Sequence record: PP526765
DNA: 64,000 nt
From: Escherichia phage HK3
Reading direction: 5' to 3' (one strand)
Shown here: positions 43,109 to 53,152 of the stretch, one piece after another
Numbering within the stretch: the first letter of the stretch is position 1
How the letters are laid out: every line of letters starts with the position of its first letter
Notes under the pieces: model-generated
Told to the model about the DNA's origin: nothing
Database searches by the model: none
The model's input: only the letters and a program-made list of their open reading frames with translations
Translations under genes and position numbers: made by a program

Positions 43109-44209
43109 TTATTCGTAGTCTCGAATAACTAACCCGACAGGGAACTGTAAAGACCCCTTACGAGTCATCTTCTGGAACTGAACCGTTAAAGGTTTCCCGA
43201 TAAACTCTTCAGGATGCTCAGCAAGGTACTGTTTTTTCTCATGAGTAGTCTTCCATGAGACATCTACAAAGACGTTAGGAAGAGTCTCTACAACGAACTT
43301 ACCATGACCACGTTTATCGGTCTTGACACCAGTCACTTTAAACTCTTCAGTGTGCATCTTCTTGTGCTTAATCAAGAAGTATGAACGGTGACAACACTCA
43401 TAGAAGGAGTCTTCAGAGATTGAACGGTACATTGCACCTTCAAACTTAGCTTCAACCCACTTATCATGAGCTTCATCAAACTCTTCCCAAGAATTTACAC
43501 GACGAGATTTAACAGGAACAACTTTACAGCCATCTCTAAAGTCATTCAATGGTGAAGTCTCAATAATATCTCTACGCTCAGGCCACGTCTTAGTACTGTC
43601 ACAGATATCATACCAGTAGAACTGGAGTAGATGTCGGTCTGGATTGTCAGCATTCTTAATCATAGACACAATATCTTCTAAGTCCCAACCATGAGCATAA
43701 ATCTCACCATCAAAGTCTTCGACTTGTGGATGTAATTTAAGCAACAAAAGCAAATCTGGGATTAGTTCTGCTGGGACGTTGTAAACAGTATTCTCACGAG
43801 AATAAGCCGTGAAACTAACTGAATCAGCGTCTCTTGAAATTCTACAACGTACACCATCCAGTTTCGGTTGAGCATCAGCAGGGAATATCAAATACTTTGC
43901 ATGACTAACCTTTGCAGCATCATGAGCAAGCTGTACACCTACCTTCTCAGTATTCTGTGCAGACTCTTTTGTGTAAGCATAACCCTTGCGGTCAACTTGC
44001 TTTTTATACTTAGCAGCAACTTCAAAGAGGGCTTGCTGTTCAGCGTTACGCTCATTCTTTTTACCGATGTTCTTAGGCTCTGCTGTATACTCTTCAAACA
44101 TCATCTTGCCATTCTCTTTACCATAGGTTGTAATAACTTTGTCACCTACAGCAACGCATGACCAGACATTGAAAGAACCATCTTTATTTTGTTTGTACAG
44201 AATTGTCAT
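43109..44209 (-). CDS. ATP-dependent DNA ligase
   Basis: adenylation motif KLDGVRC (KxDGxR), FDGEIY, EGAMYR; 366 aa as in T7-type ligases. Confidence 0.8.
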   Translation of the reverse strand: MTILYKQNKDGSFNVWSCVAVGDKVITTYGKENGKMMFEEYTAEPKNIGKKNERNAEQQALFEVAAKYKKQVDRKGYAYTKESAQNTEKVGVQLAHDAAKVSHAKYLIFPADAQPKLDGVRCRISRDADSVSFTAYSRENTVYNVPAELIPDLLLLLKLHPQVEDFDGEIYAHGWDLEDIVSMIKNADNPDRHLLQFYWYDICDSTKTWPERRDIIETSPLNDFRDGCKVVPVKSRRVNSWEEFDEAHDKWVEAKFEGAMYRSISEDSFYECCHRSYFLIKHKKMHTEEFKVTGVKTDKRGHGKFVVETLPNVFVDVSWKTTHEKKQYLAEHPEEFIGKPLTVQFQKMTRKGSLQFPVGLVIRDYE

Positions 44210-44412
44210 TTTCTCTTACCACCAATCTCTACGTCGATAACTTGAACATCACCAGCAACATCAAACTTATGAATGATGCTTTCCACAGTGTAAGTACAAC
44301 CTTCGATGCGAACCAACTCACCTTCTCGTGGGACGATTGGGTTACGTTGAGCTACGGTTGTAGTGGAGTGAACAACATCATAACAGTAGATGTAGTTTAC
44401 TAGGACTTCCAT
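44206..44412 (-). CDS. hypothetical protein
   Basis: 68-aa ORF. Confidence 0.4.
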   Translation of the reverse strand: MEVLVNYIYCYDVVHSTTTVAQRNPIVPREGELVRIEGCTYTVESIIHKFDVAGDVQVIDVEIGGKRK

Positions 44413-44421
44413 ATCTTTTCC

Positions 44422-44640
44422 TTAAAATGATAAGTCAATGCTAATACGTTCACCCTTAAGGACTCCTGTGCGGTCTCTTGCAATCTTACCGTCAACGATA
44501 ATGATATGCGCAGACATTAAGGAGTCACGATTAAAACCTTTTACGAGCTTACTAGGCATTACTACAATAAGCATCTCCTGAATCAACTCTGGAGTATAGC
44601 AATTGTCGTGAAGTTGCTGAATAACGTCTGAAAGTGTCAT
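44422..44640 (-). CDS. hypothetical protein
   Basis: 72-aa ORF. Confidence 0.4.
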   Translation of the reverse strand: MTLSDVIQQLHDNCYTPELIQEMLIVVMPSKLVKGFNRDSLMSAHIIIVDGKIARDRTGVLKGERISIDLSF

Positions 44641-44701
44641 ATGACCTCCTATACAAGATATAGTATAAGGTACTCTTCCATGAGCACCTTGTCAATACTA
44701 A

Positions 44702-45265
44702 TCAGTGTACTTCAAGCCAATTTTTACCAACTTTACCAGTACCAGTTACAAGCGTTTCCTCCTTAAGCCCTAAATTTCTTGACGCTTGACCATACATCCA
44801 GTCAATTACTGCTTTAACATCCTGCGTCATGTCTTCTGGGCACTCCCAACTATTCTCATCGTGATATGCTAAAAGCAATCTAGCGCCAATAGCTGGTTTT
44901 CGACCATTCAACTTTGTAAGACCCTCTTCACAAGTTCTTCTACAAGCAAGGTTGATGGCTTCATTCTGAACCTGACTTTCAGAACCCATAAGCAAATAAT
45001 TCAATAACTTATGTGGAGATTTACACCACAACCAAGCTCCAGCAACCTTTACAAAACCCCCTTTAGAGATTGCGGCAGTCTTACCAAATACCTCTTCAAG
45101 AGCCTTCTTAGTGGCTTTGAAGTCTGCTTCTAAATTATCCAGCAGCTTCTTAATTTTAGGGAGACGTACAAAGTATGTTTGCTTAGTTAAAGCACCTTCC
45201 TCAGTTGTAGATGCTTTAATCGTCTTAGCAAATTTCTCATCGCCAGCCCCGAACAATACATCTGG
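44702..45265 (-). CDS. DNA polymerase family A, C-terminal segment (motif B end + motif C)
   Basis: LFGAGDEKFAKT matches T7 Pol LYGAGDEK; LLAYHDENSWECPED carries motif C HDE; no ATG in frame (track start is TTG), frame open back to 45265. Confidence 0.7.
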   Translation of the reverse strand, partial: PDVLFGAGDEKFAKTIKASTTEEGALTKQTYFVRLPKIKKLLDNLEADFKATKKALEEVFGKTAAISKGGFVKVAGAWLWCKSPHKLLNYLLMGSESQVQNEAINLACRRTCEEGLTKLNGRKPAIGARLLLAYHDENSWECPEDMTQDVKAVIDWMYGQASRNLGLKEETLVTGTGKVGKNWLEVH

Positions 45266-46064
45266 TCAATACACTCGCAAGGTGTACCAGTTCTCTTATG
45301 AACTTCTCCGCATTTCTACGGAGTGTCGGACTATATCACGTAGCAGTGATGCTACCGTTGCACTTGGGGATGGTCATTAGCTTACCACCCTACTCTACTC
45401 AGTTCATACGTTAAGTATGCTTTTCGATAGTCTCTGAACGTTTCTCTGTTAGGAATCTCTATAGTTATATCATTTGCTTAGATAGTCAATTGCTCTTTGC
45501 ATGTTATCAACACTATCTGCAAGCAACCCCAAAGCTCTGTTGCAATTGTGGCATAACATACCTCTTACCTTTCCGGTTTTATGGTCATGGTCAACAACAA
45601 GTTTAGCCTTGTGTCGTGAACCATTCATGATAAAACCTTCACCGCCACAAATTTGACATTTGTAATCACAGTCACGGAGTAGAGCCTCAACCTCTTCTCT
45701 TTCCAATCCATATGTTCTTAGGTAGTAATTCTTAACTCTACCTTTCTCACCGCAATGTGACGAACAATAAACTTGCCTTGCTGTTCTCGGCATGAACACC
45801 TTCTCACAACTAGGGCATTTCTTAGTAAGAACCCTGTGTTCTGCCCTTCTGTCAAACTTTAATACACAACTTCTGCACCGTTTCTGATTGTATTGATATG
45901 GTTTAAACTCCGTACCACACTCAGTGCATAATCTCTCTTCGTAACCTGCCATTGTCTCTCTCCTTTGTTTTAGGAGTCCTAACAGAGACTTCGCTGCTGA
46001 TTACCATATCTTTACAGACTTAGGCTTCCAGCAATTCACAACGTTTTACATGCGCCACTGACGC
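45266..46064 (-). mobile_element. intervening sequence in DNA polymerase gene carrying HNH endonuclease (candidate group I intron / homing element)
   Basis: about 800 bp separating pol motif B halves; upstream and downstream pol segments in different frames; contains free-standing HNH ORF with its own AAGGAG RBS. Confidence 0.55.
45470..45952 (-). CDS. HNH homing endonuclease
   Basis: VVDHDHKTGKVRGMLCHNCNRALG HNH motif; N-terminal CxxC zinc fingers; 160 aa. Confidence 0.8.
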   Translation of the reverse strand: MAGYEERLCTECGTEFKPYQYNQKRCRSCVLKFDRRAEHRVLTKKCPSCEKVFMPRTARQVYCSSHCGEKGRVKNYYLRTYGLEREEVEALLRDCDYKCQICGGEGFIMNGSRHKAKLVVDHDHKTGKVRGMLCHNCNRALGLLADSVDNMQRAIDYLSK

Positions 46065-48203
46065 ATAGATGCCATTTTTGGCTTTCTTACGACCTTTACT
46101 AATTTCTTGAAGAAGACTTGTATCCTGAGTAGCTCGACATGTCAAGATGTCTTCCTCTTTATTAAGACTGAAGTAGATACTATTCAAAGTGTGTGCATCA
46201 GTCCCTGAGTACACCACGTATAAGTCATTTTCAGAATCATAATGTAAATACTTGTCAATAGCTGGGTTTAGATACTGGTCAAAATGTTTGCAATAGTATC
46301 TACCATCCTCTTGTTTGACAAATTCAACCTCTTCTTTACCCTCTGTCACCGCTTTAGTGAAATCTTTATCGCCCATAAAGTTACACAGTAGCACAAGTTG
46401 GGCGCTATTCATGTCGGCTGAAACAATATTAGTACCTTCTTCACAAGTCCAAACTTCCCTCATAGGTGCTCCATAGACAGCAGCACCAGACGGTACGTTT
46501 ACAATACCATATTGTGTCATACGTCCAGTTGAAGTACCAAATACCATTGCACCAGCACTAAGGCGACCATCAGGACGAATCTGGTTCAACCAACCTTTTT
46601 CATCATCCTTTGAGTTCTCAATAGTTCTGCGTCGGTGCATCAAAGTATAGTACTTAGCAATCTTCTGTCCAAGCTCACCTTCAATCGTATCATAAGATGA
46701 TTCAGTAAGTTTTGGTGAAGTACGGATTAAGCAAGGCTCAAGCAAATCTGTGTACTTCTTCACAGACCAGTTATGTTCAATGTACTGGACACCTTCATGT
46801 TCAACATAACTCAAACCACACCGTTCCACCATCTCATCCCACTTAGGATGTTTTGTAATCATCTTTTTGTTGTCTTTGAAACGACAAACCTTCACAGGAC
46901 GACCATCTGAGTCTTTCTTGTAGTTCCAGTCATCTGGAATCCAACCAACTGATTTCAAGTAGTCTTTAACAACTGCTACCTGAGTCATACGAGAAACTTC
47001 GAACTCAATTGGTGTATATGGTGCATCAATCAAACCTGTGTAGCGACTTGACTCAAGTTCAAAGTGGTTAACAACATGGCTGTTATAGTACTTCACAGTT
47101 TTAACTGTTTTTACTGGCTTCCAGTCTTTGCACTTCTTACCAATCTTTGCATTCAACTCATTGCAAATTGCACGAGCATCCTTCATTGCTACAAAACCTT
47201 CCTTGTACTCTTCACCAGTTACAGAGTTAGTTGGTGTATAGCAATTTCTCTTTTCAATGTTAAAAATCTTTGTAGTTGGCTTACCAAATGGCTTGATTTC
47301 ATATGTCTGCATCTCACCGTTACGTACCTGCTGACGATACTTTGTCTTAGGGTACTTGGTAATCCTCTTCAGTCCATCTGCATGACCAAATGTTTCAACA
47401 TACTCATTCCAAGCCTTTGCAAACTCTTCTCCAGTAACTTTACCTTTGGTTTTAATAGTTGGAGGAAGATGTGGTTCAACTTCTGAAGCAAGCTCATTAG
47501 TCAACTTGTCAAGTTCCTTTACATGAAACTCCATAAGCTCTTTATCAGCTTTCCAACCATTGATAGCCTGTTGACTCATCCAGAAAGATGTTTCTTTAGC
47601 TCGCATGTAGGTTTCATAGGTGTCTACGCCACACTTCTTTAGCTTCAGATATTCATTATCCAATGCACGTTTAGTTTTGGCGTTGATGCGGATATCTTCT
47701 ACAACACGAGTGAAGATTTCTGCATTCCACACACCCCAATGTTCAATCTCTGGTTTACGGACACCAACACGAGCACCCCATGCTGCCAAGCCATGAGCAC
47801 CTTTATAGCCTTTTGGAGTTGGTCTATCCATCCATTGAACACGAGACTGGATAAGAGAATCCTGAAAGAAATTACTCCACGGCTTACACTTTGGATTATC
47901 AAAGTTCCACAAATCTGGTGCAATGTGATTGAAAACCCACCAGTCATACCCCAGACCATTATGGATGCAAAGTCGTTTTGCCTTTAACGCAAATTCAACA
48001 CCTTCACGTAAGCCGCCCTTGATGTACTTGGTATACTTGTGACCGAGGATAGGCTCATCTGTAAAGACCCATACAGGTGGCTCTTCATCGTCAGATTTAT
48101 AGTCTGCGAAAGCCATTACGTGTACTTTAGTGAACTCAAGGAGTAAACCATCAGTTTCTGTATCACCAACCAAATGTAAGTTTTTAAAATCTACGTTTTC
48201 CAT
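46020..48203 (-). CDS. DNA polymerase family A, N-terminal segment (3'-5' exonuclease + palm through motif B start)
   Basis: Exo I VGDTETDGL; motif A-like SADMNSAQLVLL; RKKAKNGIY beginning of motif B, then frame runs into stop. Confidence 0.85.
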   Translation of the reverse strand: MENVDFKNLHLVGDTETDGLLLEFTKVHVMAFADYKSDDEEPPVWVFTDEPILGHKYTKYIKGGLREGVEFALKAKRLCIHNGLGYDWWVFNHIAPDLWNFDNPKCKPWSNFFQDSLIQSRVQWMDRPTPKGYKGAHGLAAWGARVGVRKPEIEHWGVWNAEIFTRVVEDIRINAKTKRALDNEYLKLKKCGVDTYETYMRAKETSFWMSQQAINGWKADKELMEFHVKELDKLTNELASEVEPHLPPTIKTKGKVTGEEFAKAWNEYVETFGHADGLKRITKYPKTKYRQQVRNGEMQTYEIKPFGKPTTKIFNIEKRNCYTPTNSVTGEEYKEGFVAMKDARAICNELNAKIGKKCKDWKPVKTVKTVKYYNSHVVNHFELESSRYTGLIDAPYTPIEFEVSRMTQVAVVKDYLKSVGWIPDDWNYKKDSDGRPVKVCRFKDNKKMITKHPKWDEMVERCGLSYVEHEGVQYIEHNWSVKKYTDLLEPCLIRTSPKLTESSYDTIEGELGQKIAKYYTLMHRRRTIENSKDDEKGWLNQIRPDGRLSAGAMVFGTSTGRMTQYGIVNVPSGAAVYGAPMREVWTCEEGTNIVSADMNSAQLVLLCNFMGDKDFTKAVTEGKEEVEFVKQEDGRYYCKHFDQYLNPAIDKYLHYDSENDLYVVYSGTDAHTLNSIYFSLNKEEDILTCRATQDTSLLQEISKGRKKAKNGIYASVAHVKRCELLEA

Positions 48204-48264
48204 TTTTTACTCCCTCTAAAACCATTAACCTCATACATTACTGCAAAAAATTATAAAAAGCAAG

Positions 48265-48293
48265 TTGACAATGCACTTGACAAGGTGTTAATC
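48265..48293 (+). promoter_or_regulatory. candidate promoter with conserved spacer motif
   Basis: TTGACA 48265-48270 + spacer ATGCACTTGACAAGGTG (13-mer ACTTGACAAGGTG at 48275-48287) + TTAATC. Confidence 0.4.
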
Positions 48294-48376
48294 TTTGCGA
48301 AGTGGGTTTTTACTTAAAAGGTTACTTAACAGTTTAACTATACAGATACTTTAAAACTCTTAAAAGATTATTTAAT

Positions 48377-48417
48377 AGCTTTTAAAAAGCTTTAAAGTAT
48401 AACGTATAGAATACGTT
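48377..48417. promoter_or_regulatory. pair of palindromes (operator-like) in divergent intergenic region
   Basis: AGCTTTT-A-AAAAGCT (48377-48391) and AACGTAT-AGA-ATACGTT (48401-48417). Confidence 0.4.
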
Positions 48418-48461
48418 AAGATAAAAGATTAAAACTTAATAGTTACTTAAAAGAGGCTTAC

Positions 48462-48884
48462 ATGCAGAAAATGTTTGTTCACCCAGACATAGCTGACTTT
48501 GTTAGAGCTTTGCAGAAGTTGGAAGAACTTGACATTGCTGCTCAACGGGAATATGCTCACCATCACAGGAGAATGGTCGATATACAACATGAAATAGAGT
48601 TGTCTGAAAACTATGAAGATGACTTAAAATGCTCTGTATTTGAGCATATGAAAGATGTTGCTACAGCGAGACGTAAAGCTAAAGACACAGTTGCTTTACT
48701 AGATTCTCTTAAAAAGAGGTTGCAAAGTGGTACAGACCTGTGTAATCTAGCGTCACTGATTAACGATGTTGAAACTTCTTGGGATAGGCATTACTATCCA
48801 CGTTCTGAAAAGACACTTGACTTTTCTTCATCCGAAAACTTAAAATGCTCTAGAAAGAAACTTAACCAACTGAGAGAGAAATAA
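48462..48884 (+). CDS. hypothetical protein
   Basis: 140-aa ORF with AAAGAGG RBS. Confidence 0.5.
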   Translation: MQKMFVHPDIADFVRALQKLEELDIAAQREYAHHHRRMVDIQHEIELSENYEDDLKCSVFEHMKDVATARRKAKDTVALLDSLKKRLQSGTDLCNLASLINDVETSWDRHYYPRSEKTLDFSSSENLKCSRKKLNQLREK

Positions 48885-48885
48885 T

Positions 48886-49686
48886 ATGAATATTGATGTA
48901 GAAAAGATGCTTGAAGAAAAAGGTATTGACGAAGCATTTTTAATCAATGCCGTAGAAAGCATGGCTATGATTCTTCGTGGGAACAACTACACAGAACAGT
49001 TTATGCCTGCAAGCTATAACTTGCCTGAAGACAAGTCTGATAACGGTGCTTTTGCAGAACAGGTTAACATGATGCTGACAGATACTACACTTGCTCTGGC
49101 ATCTATTGCGGTTGGTGTTGATGCTCTTGCAGAGTTCATTTTTTATGAAATGCAAAAGAATGACTATATCAGGATGTCAGACGAAGATAAGGAACTGTTA
49201 CTGACTAAGGACACTGATTTCATTATTGATACGCTTATCTCATCAACGAGTGCTGTAATGGCTGTTCTTGAGAAGCGTATGGAAGAGAAACTTTCACGAT
49301 ATGAAAAACTTGATTGGGGCGTAGAAGAACTAAACCCACGAATCAAGGAGATTATCCAGCAAACTAAAGAGTCTTTGGAAGAAGCTGTTGAGAATGACTC
49401 TGTAGCTGATGTAGAACCACTACAGGTGAAGGTCGCTCTGATGATTCCAGCTATTTCTACAATGATGAATATCGTTGCACTAATCCAACTTTCACAGATG
49501 ATGGGTGTGAGTATGGAGTTCATTGAGGAGATGACTGGTGGTGTTAGTATGCAAGCAATCAATGATGTTTTGGTGAACATTGGTGCTTCAATCATTGAAG
49601 AGAAACTACGCATTAACTTCGGTGATGATTTTGTGAAGCAACTCTCAGCTATGGCTGAAAAAGAGTCTGCTGAGCAACTGCACTAA
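48886..49686 (+). CDS. hypothetical acidic protein
   Basis: 266-aa ORF. Confidence 0.5.
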   Translation: MNIDVEKMLEEKGIDEAFLINAVESMAMILRGNNYTEQFMPASYNLPEDKSDNGAFAEQVNMMLTDTTLALASIAVGVDALAEFIFYEMQKNDYIRMSDEDKELLLTKDTDFIIDTLISSTSAVMAVLEKRMEEKLSRYEKLDWGVEELNPRIKEIIQQTKESLEEAVENDSVADVEPLQVKVALMIPAISTMMNIVALIQLSQMMGVSMEFIEEMTGGVSMQAINDVLVNIGASIIEEKLRINFGDDFVKQLSAMAEKESAEQLH

Positions 49687-49747
49687 GTCTTTATAAACCC
49701 TACAAGCCTCCTTAGTTGGGGGCTTTTTAGTAATTAAGGGAGATAAA

Positions 49748-50491
49748 ATGAGTAATATTATTGCATTTACTGGAAAGGCACGTTCTGGAAAAGACACCTC
49801 ATGTTCTATTGTGAAGAACATCTTAGAGGATGAGTACTGCTACAATGTTGCAGTAATGGCCTATGCAGACAATCTTAAGCTATCTGCATCAAAGATATTT
49901 GACTTGACGTGGAATGACCTGTACGGTGAAACTAAAGAGACTCCACAGGTTTTTGATTTATCATACCCTGAACTTATGAGTAAAGTTACGGAAGCTATGG
50001 AGTTTACCTTCAGAGATGAACGTTACCATATGGACTTTAAGCTTATGTCTGAGTTAACCGGACGATTAATCATGGAACTTAAGAGGGTTGCTAAACCGAC
50101 ATTATTAACACGTCTGGGAATTAGCAAGAAGTATAAATTCTCATCAAGACAAATTCAACAGATTTGGGGAACTGAAGTTATCCGTAAAGTTATGGGTGAC
50201 AAATTCTGGGCTAAAGACCTTGAAAAACGAATGGTTCGCTTCTTTGAATCTTGTTCACTTAGGCATCAAGAAGGTGTTGTTTTAATCAGTGACTTAAGGT
50301 TTGACTCTGAAGCTGAGTGGCTGAGTAGATTTGCACACCAGACTATTGAAGTAAAAAGAGACAATGTGGACAAGGTTTCATCACATGTTTCAGAAAATGG
50401 CATTTCTACAAAATATGAGCGTGACATTATTCATAATAATGGTACTCTTGCAGACCTTGAAAGCAAGCTAAGAGCTATCCTGAAGATTTAA
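49748..50491 (+). CDS. deoxynucleoside monophosphate kinase (T4 gp1-like)
   Basis: N-terminal FTGKARSGKDT P-loop, ISDLRFDSE and SSHVSENG motifs paralleling T4 gp1 (SGVKRSGKDT, VPDTRQDHE, NDTHITEAG). Confidence 0.7.
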   Translation: MSNIIAFTGKARSGKDTSCSIVKNILEDEYCYNVAVMAYADNLKLSASKIFDLTWNDLYGETKETPQVFDLSYPELMSKVTEAMEFTFRDERYHMDFKLMSELTGRLIMELKRVAKPTLLTRLGISKKYKFSSRQIQQIWGTEVIRKVMGDKFWAKDLEKRMVRFFESCSLRHQEGVVLISDLRFDSEAEWLSRFAHQTIEVKRDNVDKVSSHVSENGISTKYERDIIHNNGTLADLESKLRAILKI

Positions 50492-50499
50492 AAGAGAGA

Positions 50500-50700
50500 A
50501 TGAAGATGAGAGTAAAAGACAATTTTAAAGTTATTGACCACCGTTTAGTGGAACTCTCATCTCTTTCCAATGAGGTAATGATTGAACGTCTTAAGAGAGT
50601 TGAATCACGAAGGAAAGAGATTGCAGATGAAATTCATGAACTGGACAAGATTGAAAACGGATTGAAGGCAGAACTACAACGAAGAGGTGCTAATGTCTAA
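50500..50700 (+). CDS. hypothetical coiled-coil protein
   Basis: 66-aa ORF. Confidence 0.4.
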   Translation: MKMRVKDNFKVIDHRLVELSSLSNEVMIERLKRVESRRKEIADEIHELDKIENGLKAELQRRGANV

Positions 50701-52678
50701 AGGTCGTAAATTGAAAGAGGCTGGTCAGTTTATTGGTCATTGTGCATGTCCACGTTGTGGTTCATCAGATGCTGGTTCAATCTACCATCATGACGATGAT
50801 TCTTATTCGATGACTTGCTTTAGCTGTAACAAAGGTTTCCCAGAGTGGGATTTTGATAAAGGACAAATCGTGAGCACTTATTCTACTGGTTCAGATAATA
50901 AAAACCGTACTTTCCGTGGAATGGATTTAGATGATGTAAAAGAAAACCTAGAAGCAATGGACTTGAAAGACAGGAAGATTCCTGCAAAAGTCCTTGAACG
51001 TTTAGGTATCAAGGTTGACATTGATAGTGACGGTGAAATTGACGCACATTTCTATCCAACTTACAAACGTAATGAAGATGGAAAGCTAGAACATGTTGGC
51101 TACCGTGTTCGTCACCGTTACCCAGAAGACCATCCAAAAGAACACCTACGTGGAAAGTTAAAAGATTTTTCAGGTGGCATTGGAGACATTAAAGGTGAAC
51201 TGGCAATGTTCGGTTCATGGATTGCTCCAGAAGGTGGTAACCGTCTATTCATCTGGGAAGGTGAGATGGAGTGTGCCACAGCAATCTACATGACTTCTCT
51301 GGCAATTAAAGATAAGTCTCGTCGTAAGAATTACTGTCACGTGTCTGTTCCATCAGGAGCAAACATTAAGTCTATCAAAGACAACTATCAGTACATCACA
51401 TCATTTGATGAGATTTACTTGTGCTTTGATAACGATGAAGCAGGTGCTAAAGCTACCAAAGAGGCTGCTGGTATCCTTCCTATTGAGAAGGTTCGTTTAT
51501 TCCAGTATCCAGAAGGTGTAAAAGACCTTAATGAATGGTGGACAAAGTTCTATAAAGAGAAAGACACAGTTCTGGAAGGATTTAAGCAGCGTATCTACAA
51601 TGCACCTCGTTATTGCCCTGCTGGTATCAAGAACTTCGCAGATGGTTTTGAGGCAATGAAGAATCGTGGTCAGATTCCATTGATTCCTTTCCCAGAATCT
51701 TTCGGGGATTTGAACAGGCTGACTTATGGTGGTTATGGTTTAGGTGAGATTACAACTATTGCAGCACCATCTTCAGTAGGTAAGTCAGCTTACACTCGTG
51801 AGATGATTTATTCAGCTTGGAAAGAAACTGATTATAATATCGGTGTAATCCCTGTAGAAGATACCTATGAAGAGTTGATGGAGATGCTCTGTGCAATCCA
51901 CCTGAGCAAGCAGATTTCTGAGATTCCTTATGATGAACGGGATTGGGATGAATTAAAAGGAGCACACGCAGAACTATCTAAAGGCCGTCGTATCCATATC
52001 GTTGACCATCAAGGGGCAATTGACCAAGATAACCTGCTAGAGTTTGTTGACTATCTTGTTAACAGTTTAGACTGTAAGATTATCATTCTTGACCCTATCA
52101 CGTTAGCCCTGTCACGTTCTGATACGGATGAAGAAGAAGTTTTGTCTGAGCTATTGCGTCGTTGCAAACGCTACCAGTATGCGCAGGTAAACGTATGTCA
52201 CGTTCGTAAGAGTGCAGGTGGTCAGAAAGCCAACTCTGAAGGTGGAGATATCTCTGAAGAGGACATTAAGGGTTCTGGTGCGTATTTTCAGATTTCTATG
52301 AATAACATTCTGTTAATGCGTAACAAGGTTGACCCAGACCCTGTTAAGAAAAACTTGACAAAAATCAAGTTAACTAAGTGTCGTCGTCATGGTAAGTCAA
52401 CAGGTATTGCTGGTCATACTTGGTACAATCCAGATACAGGACGTCTTATCAAAGCTTCTGGATGTGGTGTTGATATTGATGGTGCAGCAGAAAATATTCG
52501 CCAGCAGTTTGGTATTGGTGAAGCTGAAGACCATTATGATGACTCTTTACCTCATTATGAGGATGAAGTGTTTGACCGTGAGACTGGTGAAGTCTATACT
52601 GAAGAACAGCGTCAAAGTTCAACGATTCCACCTGTATTAAGTGAGGATGCAGATGACTGCCCGTTCGAAACTGAGTGA
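50687..52678 (+). CDS. DNA primase-helicase (T7 gp4-like)
   Basis: N-terminal zinc ribbon CACPRCG...CFSCNKG; TOPRIM-like YLCFDNDEAG; helicase Walker A IAAPSSVGKSAYT and Walker B IIILDPI. Confidence 0.85.
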   Translation: MLMSKGRKLKEAGQFIGHCACPRCGSSDAGSIYHHDDDSYSMTCFSCNKGFPEWDFDKGQIVSTYSTGSDNKNRTFRGMDLDDVKENLEAMDLKDRKIPAKVLERLGIKVDIDSDGEIDAHFYPTYKRNEDGKLEHVGYRVRHRYPEDHPKEHLRGKLKDFSGGIGDIKGELAMFGSWIAPEGGNRLFIWEGEMECATAIYMTSLAIKDKSRRKNYCHVSVPSGANIKSIKDNYQYITSFDEIYLCFDNDEAGAKATKEAAGILPIEKVRLFQYPEGVKDLNEWWTKFYKEKDTVLEGFKQRIYNAPRYCPAGIKNFADGFEAMKNRGQIPLIPFPESFGDLNRLTYGGYGLGEITTIAAPSSVGKSAYTREMIYSAWKETDYNIGVIPVEDTYEELMEMLCAIHLSKQISEIPYDERDWDELKGAHAELSKGRRIHIVDHQGAIDQDNLLEFVDYLVNSLDCKIIILDPITLALSRSDTDEEEVLSELLRRCKRYQYAQVNVCHVRKSAGGQKANSEGGDISEEDIKGSGAYFQISMNNILLMRNKVDPDPVKKNLTKIKLTKCRRHGKSTGIAGHTWYNPDTGRLIKASGCGVDIDGAAENIRQQFGIGEAEDHYDDSLPHYEDEVFDRETGEVYTEEQRQSSTIPPVLSEDADDCPFETE

Positions 52679-52930
52679 TAGTTATAAAAGAGAGGGGTTC
52701 ATACCCTTCTTTGAAGAAAAAAGTTTAAATAAATTTCATGAAGAGTGTTTGACAAAGGTTGATAGGTTCTATAGAATGCTCCACATGAAATGCAATGGGG
52801 GAGTTGAGATAGAACAAGATTTCCACCAGAGCATGATTACGGTCATCATTGCGCTACCTCAGCATAATATTAGTTGGCTGTTTATAATTAAAGAAAATGT
52901 GTTTGAATATCAAGTATATCGGAGAATATC

Positions 52931-53080
52931 ATGAAACACTCTAAAGCATTTGAAAAAGTTTTTGGGGATTCCTTAAAAGCCACTGCTGGTAAACCAGCAA
53001 AATACTATGAAGAGAAGCGTGTAAGAACTGGAAAAACTGCACGTAAAGCAGCTTCTAAAGATAAGCACAACTTCCAGTAA
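52931..53080 (+). CDS. small basic protein (49 aa)
   Basis: ATG 52931 with GGAG RBS; below track size cutoff. Confidence 0.3.
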   Translation: MKHSKAFEKVFGDSLKATAGKPAKYYEEKRVRTGKTARKAASKDKHNFQ

Positions 53081-53087
53081 TTAATGT

Positions 53088-53116
53088 TTGACAATAGAGT
53101 ATCAACAAATTAGAAT
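53088..53116 (+). promoter_or_regulatory. sigma70-like promoter (TTGACA-17-TAGAAT)
   Basis: TTGACA 53088-53093, TAGAAT 53111-53116. Confidence 0.6.
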
Positions 53117-53152
53117 TGGTACTCTTCATAAATTGAGATAGAGGTTTAAATA

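Noticed and set aside
45266-46064. Intein in the DNA polymerase
   Set aside because: The two polymerase segments are in different reading frames, and the HNH ORF has its own RBS and stop; an intein requires one continuous in-frame ORF.
47064-47486. 140-aa ORF antisense within the DNA polymerase gene
   Set aside because: Nested antisense ORF; polymerase motifs on the other strand are unambiguous.
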